63,188 bases of DNA, filler included, from Stramenopiles sp. TOSAG23-2 (GCA_900128395.1; 17 parts of 17 records of this genome joined end to end with filler, not necessarily neighbours in it), one strand, 5' to 3'; positions 11,861-23,655 are shown, numbered from the whole stretch's first letter. Made by a program: numbers and translations. The notes: generated by a model from the sequence alone, not told the origin.

Positions 11861-12677
11861 ATAGGAAAAGTTCAAAAAGTAAAAAAGTGTCTGTACTTTT
11901 TTTACTTTACTTTCTTTTTTATTTCACTCTATTCTACGCCTGTCTTTAGTTATTTCACGGCCTCGTAGCACGTAGCACAGTAGTATGGTTTTTGCTGTGT
12001 GGTTTCTGACTCATAGTATAAGTATTATATTTGAATAATTTCCAGATTCCAGGTAGAATAATACCAGGTACTTAGTATACTGGACTATACTGTAAGATAC
12101 AGATTTAAGATCATTTCTGTACATCAACTTGTACATAATTGACAATTTTAGCGTTTTAGCTAAAGCTAATATAGTGGTGTGTCCTGGTGTCCTGCATATA
12201 TTGGATCTTTTTTTTTATATCTTATTTCTTGTGATTCTCGATTCTCCTGGTTCCACAATACTATTTCCATGTTAATTATGAGATAACTCACGCTGAAATT
12301 TTACGTCATGATGACAGCTTTTTGTTTAGTCAATTGTAGTGCTATTTACCTGCTATTTTAAGACTCGTTCCTGGTACGTGGTACGTGATATAGTGTGGTA
12401 TAGTGGTATGGTATATATATGGTAATCAGTGAAAACTTTCAGACTTTCAGACTTTCTTCTACATATGTAGTTTTGTCTAAGTATAGCTTTATAACAGAAA
12501 CAGACTGAATAAACAAAAGGCGCCAAAAGAAAAGAAAAGAAAAGCAAAAGAACTTTAAAACGACCAACAAACAGTTACAAAATCTGAATATTTTCAACCT
12601 AGGTGTTAGAAAATAGTAATATAAATTGAAACCAATTAAAGACAATCAATTATATATCTATATATTTGTTTTTCACA

Positions 12678-13502
12678 ATGAAGCAAGTTTGTATTGCATT
12701 GGCAATATGTTTGATATTTATATCTGCCGTAAGTGCGACTAAAGAACATGAAGCTGCACGAGCATTTAGTGCTTCAGCCAGGCAATTAATTAAAAATGTT
12801 GGTTTCAAAAGCACTGGAAGAGGATTGGCACCTGCAGGCGCCACGTTCTGGTCTATGGAAATGTTCTCAGACTCTGCGTGCAAAAAACATTTGGCCAACG
12901 AAATGACTGGACAGTATTACATCCTTGGGTGCTACTCAGGAGACGGCAAGTCAGCGAAAGTATTTGAAGATCCTGGCAAAGGTTTTAATATTACGATTTA
13001 TACTAGCACTGATGATTGTTCAGGCGATGCTACGATGAACCAGCATATACCATTACCATTTTACTATCATGGAGACTTTCAAAAGGGCTGCACTTTGATT
13101 GATTTTTCTAATCCAAAACTTTATATAAAATCAAGCAAAAATACAATGCCGCATGAAGAGCCAGGTAACGTTGTAGTCAGATCTTATCTTGGTGATGAAG
13201 GCTGTAAGGAAAATTTGCTTTGGCATGGTAATGTATATGATGCGACTGGAGAATGTGGTGCTTATAGTGGAAAATATACATATACAGACACTGAAGTTAC
13301 CGAAGAAGATTTTCCAGAACCAAAATGTAAAGGTACACCAACAAAGAAAGTTCTGGCCACTAAAAAATGCACAGACGTAGATGCACACCAAGGCCATAAT
13401 TTCTTTGTTGTTCCACACCCCGTATCTGGTGCTGGACGTTTAGATTATCTTACAACGCTTTTAGTTTCATTGACATTCGTTTTTGGAGTAATGATGTTTT
13501 AA
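12678..13502 (+). CDS. Secreted, probably GPI-anchored Cys-containing surface protein
   Basis: Signal peptide MKQVCIALAICLIFISAVSA. Repeated aromatic-x-D/E..C motifs (FSDSAC, YTSTDDCSG, YLGDEGC, FPEPKCKG). C-terminal small residues (SGAG) followed by a hydrophobic tail LTTLLVSLTFVFGVMMF. Confidence 0.75.
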   Translation: MKQVCIALAICLIFISAVSATKEHEAARAFSASARQLIKNVGFKSTGRGLAPAGATFWSMEMFSDSACKKHLANEMTGQYYILGCYSGDGKSAKVFEDPGKGFNITIYTSTDDCSGDATMNQHIPLPFYYHGDFQKGCTLIDFSNPKLYIKSSKNTMPHEEPGNVVVRSYLGDEGCKENLLWHGNVYDATGECGAYSGKYTYTDTEVTEEDFPEPKCKGTPTKKVLATKKCTDVDAHQGHNFFVVPHPVSGAGRLDYLTTLLVSLTFVFGVMMF

Positions 13503-14346
13503 ACTTTCCGTGTCCCTACATTGGCTACAATGCTGGATTGCTGCATTTAGATACGACTATCTTTGCATATTTAATTGTAAATTAATGATACGCAATTAGA
13601 TTTGTTTTTGAGTCATTGCTTGAAAGTAATATCACGATTTCATCATTAATTGATTCAATCCGGCAATCATATATATATCATCAGTTCATTTTCTGGTCAT
13701 TTTAAATAATTTCAAAAATATTTAATTGATCAAAATAACAATAAAGTAACAAGCCTCCTATGCAATAAATATCAATACATACGAACTGTATGATATATAC
13801 TTGCAGGCTTTTCATAAAAACTTATTATTTTAGCCATTATCATGCTATCCAAAAAAGCGTGTTATACTGAATAATAAAAAATACAATAAATACAGATCGT
13901 TTGACATTATAATACAAAAAAATACCACTCCCATGATGAAATTTCACAAAATAATATTTTAGAATGTGTCATATTATCATGCCTATTAAAGAGGTGACTG
14001 AGACGTGTTATTAACAATTTAATAATCATGGCATATGTTAATAGATTATATATATCATATCATTTTATATATATCTCCAAGTAATATGATATAAAAACGA
14101 TTTCATTATGCATAAAAATCTTAATATATCATATGCATATCATATATATTCATAAAAAAATTATATTTTTAAAAATAAATAAAATAGCCAACATATTTTT
14201 TTTTATGTTTTTTACAGGTAATATGTCTTTCTCCCCAACCAGCAAACGGATCAAAGACTAAAGATGATTCGCACCGTAAATAAAAACTAACTATTAAATC
14301 AGATACATCTAATACAAGTTTCACAGCATTTTTGGTGTAATATTAA

Positions 14347-14605
14347 TATTTCGTCTGTACCAAGCCGCACCGAAAAACGCCGCCACATTTTCTTAATTTG
14401 CCCTTAATCTAAAAAACTATCCTTAAATTACAATGCTATTTACCTGCTATGATTAGCATAGAATAGGGAGAGTTAGAACGAGTTAGGCGTTTTTCGGTGC
14501 GGCTTGGTACACGAAATATAATATATATAATTTTTGGTGAGACGGAGATGAAAGGCTGGATAAAAAAAAAGGAAGCAAAAAGTCCCATCCCTCTCTGGCA
14601 TGGTT
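14347..14605 (-). mobile_element. Right arm of inverted repeat (14387-14605) overlapping a MITE-like unit 14347-14518 with ~35-bp terminal inverted repeats
   Basis: Forward core TATTTCGTCTGTACCAAGCCGCACCGAAAAACGCC at 14347-14381 and inverted core at 14486-14518, both bounded by TA. No transposase on the contig. Confidence 0.55.
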
Positions 14606-15011
14606 AACAATGCACAATGCACAGTAATTAAACAGATGGGCTAATTGTGTTATTATTTTTACGGATATTTTGATCTTAAAAATGGCCTAGTTAGATGATT
14701 GTTTTTGATATTTTGTGATTTTAAACAAATACCTTAAACTCTGCAGGTTTTTTGGGTAAAAATATTAAGAATTCGTCGAACGAACATACACACAAAAAAG
14801 ATATTAATAATATAGAATAAAGGACGATATATATATCTTGAGATTATACCCAACGAATTGTTCATATAATATACCATTTATATTGAAAAGATTAAAACGT
14901 TATAGATTTCANNNNNNNNNNNNNNNNNNNNNNNNNNNNNNNNNNNNNNNNNNNNTTAATTAATTAANNNNNNNNNNNNNNNNNNNNNNNNNNNNNNNNN
15001 NNNNNNNNNNN

Positions 15012-15107
15012 ACCAGCAGAGCTTTTCTTCTTATTATTCTTATTGTTATTGTCACCATCATCATCTTTTACACTTTTTTTTCCAAACAAGGCACTTAAAG
15101 CTTTCAT
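15012..15107 (-). CDS. N-terminal fragment of a gene truncated at the contig edge
   Basis: ATG at 15107; MKALSALFGKKSVKDDDGDNNNKNNKKKSSAG is open to the edge. Confidence 0.5.
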
Positions 15108-15619
15108 AATTGTTAATAATATATATATGACTTATGCCAATCTAATATAAAGAGAATAATGTAACTGAGGCAATTGGGTGTTATATAATTCTAATAATAT
15201 ATTATATATACTGCTGGTTTTAGGGGTTATTATTAGTTACTGAATTTATTATTACAATTCGAATTAGCCACCAGGTTAACCTACTGTGGTTAGCCTGGTT
15301 AGCCTGGGAGCTAGTTACACTATATGGACTTGGCAGGAAAAATTTAAAAAAAACAACCAATTTTTGAGCGAGAAAAGGGCCGAAAAGTGATGAGCAAATC
15401 TACAAGATCCTTATTTTGATGAAAAATAATGCGTGATGCAAATAATAAATAATGAATTTTAGAAAAAAATGAATAATAATAAATGCACAAATTATTAAAA
15501 TATACATAGTAGTAATAATTCTATACAAAAAAATATACCAGTATATTATATCATGTCTATACATTGTTGTACATATATACGCATGTATACATACACATGA
15601 AAATCAATACACAATTATA

Positions 15620-17347
15620 ATGGATGATTTTCATACCAATAAATTAAGACTGACAACAGCATTTGAATCATACACACGCCATGTATTTAACTTCCAAGCA
15701 TTGGAATATCAAACCAAAGCTTTTACAAATGCTTTATTAGGAAAAAATTATGTCCTTGTAAGTGGAACAGGTACGGGAAAGACACACCCAATAATCTGTG
15801 GATGTGCCAGATTTGTGACGTTGTACATTGTTCCATTAAAATGCATCAAGGTAAATTTAAAAGATGCTATAAGGGAGAAATACAAATGCAATGTATTCAC
15901 TAATTTTGATGCATTTGTGTCTTGCATAACAACAAAAGGAAAAGTGTTGTTAGTTACACCAGAGTACCTTCGCAATATATTAGAAAGAGAAAAATACAAT
16001 AATTTGAGAATTGTACTTCATCGATTGCAATTTGAAAGAATTGTCATTGATGAAGCACATTTAGATCCAGTAGATGGTAAAACGTTTCGAATAGAAGGGT
16101 ATAATGCAATGAGAGGGATTGTAAAAAACCAAAATAATGCATCAATAATTTTCATAACTGCTACTTGTACACCAAGTATTAAAAAAAACTTGGAAATAAA
16201 TTATAACCAACCTGAATTACCAATTATACGTGGTATTAGCGGTATAAAGAATATAGAATTTAATATAGAAAAAGGATCTGCAAAGACCCTTCTGAATGGA
16301 TTAAAAGAGCATAGTGTTTCAGCAAAAAAGATTATAATTTTCATACAGAACATCGATGTATTGGATGATGTTAAAGTCGCATTAGAAGATGAAGGATATA
16401 GTAATGTAATTAAAGTACACGGGAAAAAAATGAGTGCAAAGAAATACATTCAATTAAAGAGGATGAATCAGTATGTACTAGTAGCAACGGATTGTTTGGG
16501 TTTGGGGTTTAGTGATGTTGTCGATCTAGTTGTAATTTTAAATCCGAAAACATTATACCATTTGTCCCAATTAGCAGGAAGGACTGGAAGAGCATCACTG
16601 TGTGGTAAATGTAATATAATATACTCTGAAGCGAAATATACGAAACTAATTGTTCAATCAATTAAAAGAAATATTTCTTCTGGATTAATTACTCGTATGA
16701 TTATTCATTGTTTTGTATGTTTAGTATCGAACAAAAAAATCGATCAATATCTAAACTGGGTTTTTGGGTACCGACCCTTTTTACCGGAGAAAGAAGAAAA
16801 ATATAATATAAAAATGATTAGCATTAAAGATATAACACGGGTTATATCAAGAGCAGGAAAAGAATCAACCTATGTCAGCAAAACAATTCAAGAAATTGGA
16901 AAAAATTTCCACATATCCACGTTAAAAGCTAAGGAAATTTTCTACAATATTGTGTTAATACAAGATACATATTTAAAGCTAATTGTTAAAAAAAACACAC
17001 TGCATTTTGAAATTGACACAGCAAAATTGGTAAATTTTTTACTTGATAGAACAAATGATGTAATTAAAATATTATTACCAAAAAAAAATAAAAGGGGAGA
17101 GAATAATAATAATAATAATAATGCAATGGTGATTGATTCAACTGTTGACAATAACATCAATAATAATAATAATGCAGACAATAATAATAATACGGACGTT
17201 GGTATGCGTATCAATAATAGTACTAATAATGCAGTTCCTGGTAGCTTCCAAAGCTCAGACCTTAGTATTAGTACATCATCATCTAATAACAGCAATAACA
17301 ATGATAATGATGGAAGTGAAGAACATTTGTTTGCAACACAAGATTGA
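15620..17347 (+). CDS. Divergent RecQ-like superfamily-2 helicase
   Basis: Motif I GTGTGKT, Ia IVPL, LLVTPE, II IVIDEAH, III ITAT, V VATDCLGLGF, VI QLAGRTGR. No HRDC recognised. Asn-rich tail. Confidence 0.82.
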   Translation: MDDFHTNKLRLTTAFESYTRHVFNFQALEYQTKAFTNALLGKNYVLVSGTGTGKTHPIICGCARFVTLYIVPLKCIKVNLKDAIREKYKCNVFTNFDAFVSCITTKGKVLLVTPEYLRNILEREKYNNLRIVLHRLQFERIVIDEAHLDPVDGKTFRIEGYNAMRGIVKNQNNASIIFITATCTPSIKKNLEINYNQPELPIIRGISGIKNIEFNIEKGSAKTLLNGLKEHSVSAKKIIIFIQNIDVLDDVKVALEDEGYSNVIKVHGKKMSAKKYIQLKRMNQYVLVATDCLGLGFSDVVDLVVILNPKTLYHLSQLAGRTGRASLCGKCNIIYSEAKYTKLIVQSIKRNISSGLITRMIIHCFVCLVSNKKIDQYLNWVFGYRPFLPEKEEKYNIKMISIKDITRVISRAGKESTYVSKTIQEIGKNFHISTLKAKEIFYNIVLIQDTYLKLIVKKNTLHFEIDTAKLVNFLLDRTNDVIKILLPKKNKRGENNNNNNNAMVIDSTVDNNINNNNNADNNNNTDVGMRINNSTNNAVPGSFQSSDLSISTSSSNNSNNNDNDGSEEHLFATQD

Positions 17348-17828
17348 GTGAAATCCGGGTGTATCATAATATATATATTAAAATATTACCATATCATTTT
17401 TTACGCATTACATTTATATTAATCATATTATATAAAATACAAAACTATAAAATACAGATGAGCAACGCGGATATAGCCACTCACCGCCCACTTCACAACC
17501 ACGAACCAACACACACGCAATGTGACTCGATTTGATGCAACAAAAGATATCTGTTTGTCGTCACAAGGCTGTGTCACGAACAATGCAATTTGCAGAGCGC
17601 CTTGTCACTCATGGAACTCAGCAAAGACATCAGTACACAATGGTCGAGTTGTGATTGACATGCAGAACAACACAAACACCAACGCAATGGGCACAATTCT
17701 GGCGCATTGCCGCTTTTACAAAAATATTTTAATACATTGCTGTGGTGTCGTCTGTATCGATCGGCGCTGTCGAATCCAGCCTTGTGTCACGTCTTTGTGG
17801 ATGGTATGATATACAAAGTATTTTATAT

Positions 17829-18597
17829 TTACACTAATTCAAATTTTGATGTGTTATTTACAACTGCATGTGTCAATACATCTTTTAATGCGCTATTGAA
17901 CTCGGTGCTAAAAAAAGAATTTCGATACTCGTTTTGAACATCATCTGCAATTATAGCTTCTTCTTCTACTTCAGTTGTTGTTCTTGCATTTTCTTGACGT
18001 TGTAAAAACTTATTGTACTCTGATATGATTTCTTCTTCGTCACTTATACGAGTTAATAATTTTCCTTTTCTTCTTTTCACCAAGTTCTTAAATCCTTCAT
18101 CGCTTATTGCTAAATTAGTTGAAAATGGTGGATATTGCATGCAGACCATTTTCCAAAGTAAATAACTTCTCAAAATAATTCTCGGCTGCATCAACTAACG
18201 GTTTGAATGCAGCTCGTATCCTTTTATCCGTATATTTGGATTTCAACTGTTTGATTTCTTTGGTTTTCTTTCGTAATTCTGTATCATATTTCTTTTTTTG
18301 TTTGTCATGTTTTGATTTCAGTGTATTAAAACGCTGTTCTATGCTTTTGAAGTCATTAGATTTTGTTGTTAATACCCCAATCTTTTTCTCTAAGTTCTGG
18401 ACTTTTCGTTCAATATTTTTATACTTTGCCTTCTCTTTTTGCCATGTATCCTTTTCATTTTTCAACGTATTATATTGAGAAACAAGTAGCTGATGTTTCT
18501 TTGTCAAGTCAGTCAATTTTTGTTTATTCTGTTGAAAGGTATGTTGCAATCTAGCATAATTGGCTACGGCGCTTACGGCGCTGTTAGGATTCGACAT
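17829..18597 (-). pseudogene. Coiled-coil protein split by an apparent single frameshift near 18115-18125
   Basis: ORF 18115-18597 ends ATTTTCAACTAA. Removing one base continues into NLAISDEGFKNLVKRR of ORF 17829-18194. Confidence 0.5.
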
Positions 18598-18744
18598 TTA
18601 TAATTGTGCATTAATTTTCATGGTGTTTACGTATATTTGATTNNNNNNNNNNNNNNNNNNNNNNNNNNNNNNNNNNNNNNNNNNNNTTAATTAATTAANN
18701 NNNNNNNNNNNNNNNNNNNNNNNNNNNNNNNNNNNNNNNNNNTG

Positions 18745-19749
18745 TTTATGAAATCAGCAAAACAAGGATCAGCAATCGGTCAATATTATCTTGGTGAAGC
18801 ATATGAGAATGGATACGGTGTTGCAGACGATGATAAAAAAGCATTCGAATGGTATAAAAAATCTGCGGACCAGGGATTTGCGCAAGGTCAACGTAAAGTT
18901 GCTCAGTATTTTCGCTATGGAAGCGGGTCTTTCACAAAGAATTATAATAAAGCATTGGAATGGTATAAAAAAGCATCTCAACAAGGATATGCTCGAAGTT
19001 CTGAAGCAATTGGTGAGATGTATGCTTCAGGCAAATTTGGCTTTCCAAAAGATGAAAAAAAAGCATTGGAATGGTATACAAAAGCTGCAGAGCAAAATTC
19101 GAATTATCTATTTAACTTTGCTAGCAATTATTATTATGGATATTATGGTCTTCCAAAAAATTACAAATTTGCGTTTGAATGTTATACAAAATCAGCACAA
19201 CAATGCAAAGAGCCAAAAAGTATGTTAGGCATTGCTGAGATGTATAAAAATGGTCATTATGTTGAAAAAGATTACGGAAAAGCTGAAGAATGGTATAAAA
19301 AAGCAGCAGATCATGGCAAGAGGTCTCGGTTTGATTATGACCTAGCTGGATTTTTCTATAAGCACCTACAAAATTATGATAAAGCGTTTGAATATTATAC
19401 GGAAGCAATTGAAAAAGAAGACGATGTTGATGTCACCAGGTGGAGTGAGTGTAAGCTTGGTATACTGTATAAAAATGGTAAAGGTGTAAGAAAAAATTAT
19501 AAAAAAGCCTTTGAATGTTTCACAAAAGCAGTACAAGATGAGGATGAGGACAATGTTGACCCGGAAGCTCAACGTTTACTTGGCAATATGTATCATCATG
19601 GTCATGGCGTCCAAAAAGATTTGAAAAAAGCAAAAGAATGGTACGAAAAAGCAGCTAAAAAATATTACGGCGGTGATGAGGATGACGAGAGGGACTATGA
19701 CGAGGAAGCTGTTGAAATGCTCGAACGTGACGAATTTCAAAACTTATAA
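18745..19749 (+). CDS. Sel1-like repeat protein, probably 5'-truncated
   Basis: About 8 repeats of the LG.xY..G.GV..D.KKAFEWY.KAA.QG consensus. Confidence 0.92.
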   Translation, partial: FMKSAKQGSAIGQYYLGEAYENGYGVADDDKKAFEWYKKSADQGFAQGQRKVAQYFRYGSGSFTKNYNKALEWYKKASQQGYARSSEAIGEMYASGKFGFPKDEKKALEWYTKAAEQNSNYLFNFASNYYYGYYGLPKNYKFAFECYTKSAQQCKEPKSMLGIAEMYKNGHYVEKDYGKAEEWYKKAADHGKRSRFDYDLAGFFYKHLQNYDKAFEYYTEAIEKEDDVDVTRWSECKLGILYKNGKGVRKNYKKAFECFTKAVQDEDEDNVDPEAQRLLGNMYHHGHGVQKDLKKAKEWYEKAAKKYYGGDEDDERDYDEEAVEMLERDEFQNL

Positions 19750-20403
19750 ATACAAATAGCCACAAAAAGAGCACCAAAAAGCAAAGAAATATCAATCAAT
19801 AGTTTTAGAGTACTCGTATGACATATATTACTCGTAGGTCATACGAGCGCGAACTCCGGTAGTAGTATATATATATATTTTTTATCATATTATTTTTAAA
19901 AATTTCAGAACATATTAAAATATACACAAGATTTTTTATGATCTATAATATTATTTATAAAATACGGTAATCATAGCACTAATATACGCATTTTCAATAT
20001 ATACGGTTCGTATGATATATGTTCGTATGATAAATGATAAACTATAAAAATACGTATTTTATAATAAACCATCAAATTTTTTACGACGCACGTTGTACAT
20101 ATCTCTTTATGATATTATTTTATTATTACACGCACACATACACTCTCAAACCATGTGGTCGAAAATTTACGTAGTTTATTACACACTTCGTAAAAATTGT
20201 TTTTCTCTTTGTTTTGCGTTTTGCGCACAAATACTCGCGGTACATTCTGGAGGTAATATCAATGTATTATATGTACATTCAATTTTTCATATTGTTCTAT
20301 TTCAAATATAATCAATATTTTTTTATGATACAGCAAATAGTAGATGATACACACAGACATATATGATCTACATCATATATCCACTCGTGTATTAAAATCT
20401 TTT

Positions 20404-21309
20404 TTACGGAGAGTTCAATCTAAGAACTTCCTCTTCGCTCAAATTTCTAACATTAACTGAACTTTTAGTATTAATACTTTCATACGATATTAATTGTTGT
20501 ATCTGTTTGTTTTCATTGTTGTTATCATTTGTTACTTTTCGAAATGCAAGAAGTTTTGTTGGTTGTTGTTGTTTATCACAAGAAATTTTTTCTTCTTTGT
20601 CATTTTCACCCTCGGACAACATCATCATATCATCATCAGATGAAACAATAATATCATCGGAACCTAAACGTTCACGGAAATAATCACGACCTGGACGATT
20701 TTCATCCAACATAATGTTTCGTAATCGATTTGATTTTTCACATAATGAAGATAAAATTTCTCTCATTAATTCCGGCATAGTAATATGGTTGTTATGTACT
20801 ACTAAATCCCAGTTAAATGTATCGTAAAATTGAACGGTCTTTTCCATCCATTCACGTTTATCTTCGTCATATTTGCGTCGTTCCGGTTCGCGAGTCAATC
20901 GATCTTGGATCCTAGCCCATAGCAATTCTTTCTCGACGCTCATATGTACTGTATAAATCTCAATGCCAGCTGCGGCACGTACTTCTTCAATTTGTTGTTG
21001 TATAAGTGGTGTTAATAAATGACCGGCACGTTTGCTGTAAAAAACAGCACTAAATGGAGAACGGTCTGCGAAAAATATTTGTTCATCATCTGGGCATCCA
21101 GATGCTTTAAGCTCAGCTTGCTTCTTCAACAAACGTGCAAACCATGAGCATACCCACGTTGTTTCCATCAACAATGATTGAGGGTGTAAAGAGTAGGATG
21201 GCATATTCATAAAACCTTCATCCAAGACCCAAAAATCAGCTTCTTCAAACTCGTTACATATTTTTGTTTTTCCACAACCATGGGATCCTTCAATGCATAT
21301 AACAATCAT
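20404..21309 (-). CDS. Deoxynucleoside/thymidylate-kinase-like P-loop protein
   Basis: N-terminal ICIEGSHGCGKT, a DRSPFS motif, and lid RIQDRLTRE. Confidence 0.75.
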   Translation of the reverse strand: MIVICIEGSHGCGKTKICNEFEEADFWVLDEGFMNMPSYSLHPQSLLMETTWVCSWFARLLKKQAELKASGCPDDEQIFFADRSPFSAVFYSKRAGHLLTPLIQQQIEEVRAAAGIEIYTVHMSVEKELLWARIQDRLTREPERRKYDEDKREWMEKTVQFYDTFNWDLVVHNNHITMPELMREILSSLCEKSNRLRNIMLDENRPGRDYFRERLGSDDIIVSSDDDMMMLSEGENDKEEKISCDKQQQPTKLLAFRKVTNDNNNENKQIQQLISYESINTKSSVNVRNLSEEEVLRLNSP

Positions 21310-23419
21310 GTTCTTTGTTTGTTTTTGTAATTTACTTTATTGTTTTAATTTTCCACTTTTTTTTATATTGTGTATGTTATTTTGATACAGGCAATATTAT
21401 TTGATGATTATTGTCTTGCTTTGTTTGTCTGTACTTGTTTTCCTTCACTAACTATATGACAAAACCCTTTTCTAAATCAATGGTCTTCTTAGTTCTATAT
21501 ATATCTATGGTGTAAATATATATTTATAATAATAAAAAAGATATAATTTAGTACATCATATAGTATAGTAAACACCATTGATAGGTAGTGAATTTCATCC
21601 AAATTACCAATGCACATCATTGCAATTCATCACATCTCGCGGGTGTTTTACCTGCTATGTCTATCTTAATTGCACAATATTTTTTAAATTCGCGCCTTTA
21701 TAATTACCTCTCTCATCAGCCTACGCAGGTTGTAAATCCAAAACAAGAAGAAATTTAAAAAAATAACGACATTTATTCCATTTCAAACCTTAAAGTTTTA
21801 TCGCCATGATTTCACTTTGATACACCAAATAGCATAATAATTGTAATTGCCTGTTAAAAACACGCAAGGAGCTAGCATTGTTTACGTTATTTACCAATTT
21901 GACGAAAACCAAAGATGATACATATATAAAATACCGAATTTATTATTTTTATAACAGTGAAACAACACCAGTTTTGGTCTAAGGTAATTTAGTGTTCCTT
22001 ATTTAATTATTGTATGTTATGATTTAAATATAATAAACCTTATCTTTGACGTCGATCTAGATCCCAGAGATCCAGCGGCAGCAGCAGTACTATAGTGAAG
22101 CAGTGAAGAATGCTGGAATGCCAGAATGCGAGAAGAAGAAGATGGGCATCACAAGATGGGCAAAATAGTTCAGTTACAGAGTAGCAGTATGAATTTTAAT
22201 AGAAAAAAAATAAAAACACAAAGGCAAACATATAGAAAGGAGTATCAATCTCAATAAATATATACTGAAATTAATCAATCTCTTATTAGACTCTCTCTAT
22301 ATATATAATAGAACCATTCCATAAAACATTAATCTACTGGAAATATTGAATTTTCTTAAGTAAAGATATATANNNNNNNNNNNNNNNNNNNNNNNNNNNN
22401 NNNNNNNNNNNNNNNNTTAATTAATTAANNNNNNNNNNNNNNNNNNNNNNNNNNNNNNNNNNNNNNNNNNNNTTTTTTATAAAAAAAAAATATTTTTTTT
22501 TATCGTGGTCTGTGTGCGCGCGTGGTCAATTATATATATAAGATTGTATAAATATTGATTTTATATCTTACTCTTACTGGTAATGGATGTTTTGTCTTGT
22601 GGAACAATGTATATCCCTCCCTCTCTCTCCCTCTGCTATGTGTAGTATATTTGACTTTTTCCATATCTTTTTTCTGTGTTGATGAAGATATTGCTAAGCA
22701 GCTGTGTGGTAAGGTAAGCCTGACATACCATTGCCAGATTGATAAAAAAAGACTTGAAATTTACACTTTTCAATTCCTATTAATCTTATACTATACACAC
22801 AGCACACAGCAACCACACATCAGAGGCACATCACAAGGAAAAATTTCTGAAATCGTTCTTCATACTTCGTACTTTTTTTTATATTAAGTATATATATCTG
22901 TATACTAATAGTGCTATCAAATCAAAGTAAAAAAAAAGTGTTTTTGTTTCTTTTTGATCGAAATAAATCGTCGTAATTAGTGGGGGGGATTTTTATAAGA
23001 TCTTCACGATGGATATATCACTCACTGCCTCTTCTCTCTGTGATATTCCCATGCTAACCAAATCCAGTCACGATGACAAAAGTGCCATATGGTGGCATAA
23101 TATCTGATAACAATATATGTACAGTACTAATATTGATGTTTTTATTTCAAGTTATATGAATCGAGTAATGATAATTATATCTATCATTATAAATCAAAAT
23201 ATATTCCCATACTCGATTCACTAAAACATCATCTAAAAATTTAAAATAAAAATTTTATTTATATAAAATAAAAACATAGAAAGATAGAGACATATACATG
23301 TGATACATGTGATACATTAAATACATAATCGATTTGTATATTTCTTTTAACGAATTGTTTTATTTATTTATTTCATTGTTGTTGTTGGTTATTTTTTAAT
23401 ACTCAACAAAAAAGTGAGA

Positions 23420-23655
23420 GACCAATTAGGAAACGACCAATTAGGAAACGACCAATTAGGAAACGACCAATTAGGAAACGACCAATCAGGAAACGACCAA
23501 TTAGGAAACGACCAATCAGGAAACGACCAATTACGAGACGACCAATTACGAGACGACCAATTACGAGACGACCAATCAGGAAACGACCAATCAGGAAACG
23601 ACCAATCAGGAAACGACCAATTAGGAAACGTCCAATCAGGAAACGACCAACCAGG
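23420..23655. repeat. 15-bp minisatellite, 15 full units plus a partial (GACCAAT[T/C]AGGAAAC; variant GACCAATTACGAGAC)
   Basis: Directly adjacent tandem units with no spacers. Open in three frames (DQLGN, WSFPN, GRFLI). Confidence 0.95.

Noticed and set aside
17455-17810. Cys-rich ORF 17522-17809 and possible TGA readthrough frame from 17458
   Set aside because: GTG start, no recognisable motif, and stops in alternative frames. TGA is a normal terminator elsewhere (maspardin, Pth), so recoding is unsupported.
23420-23655. CRISPR-like array
   Set aside because: 15-bp units are directly adjacent with no unique spacers and no cas genes; the genome is eukaryotic.
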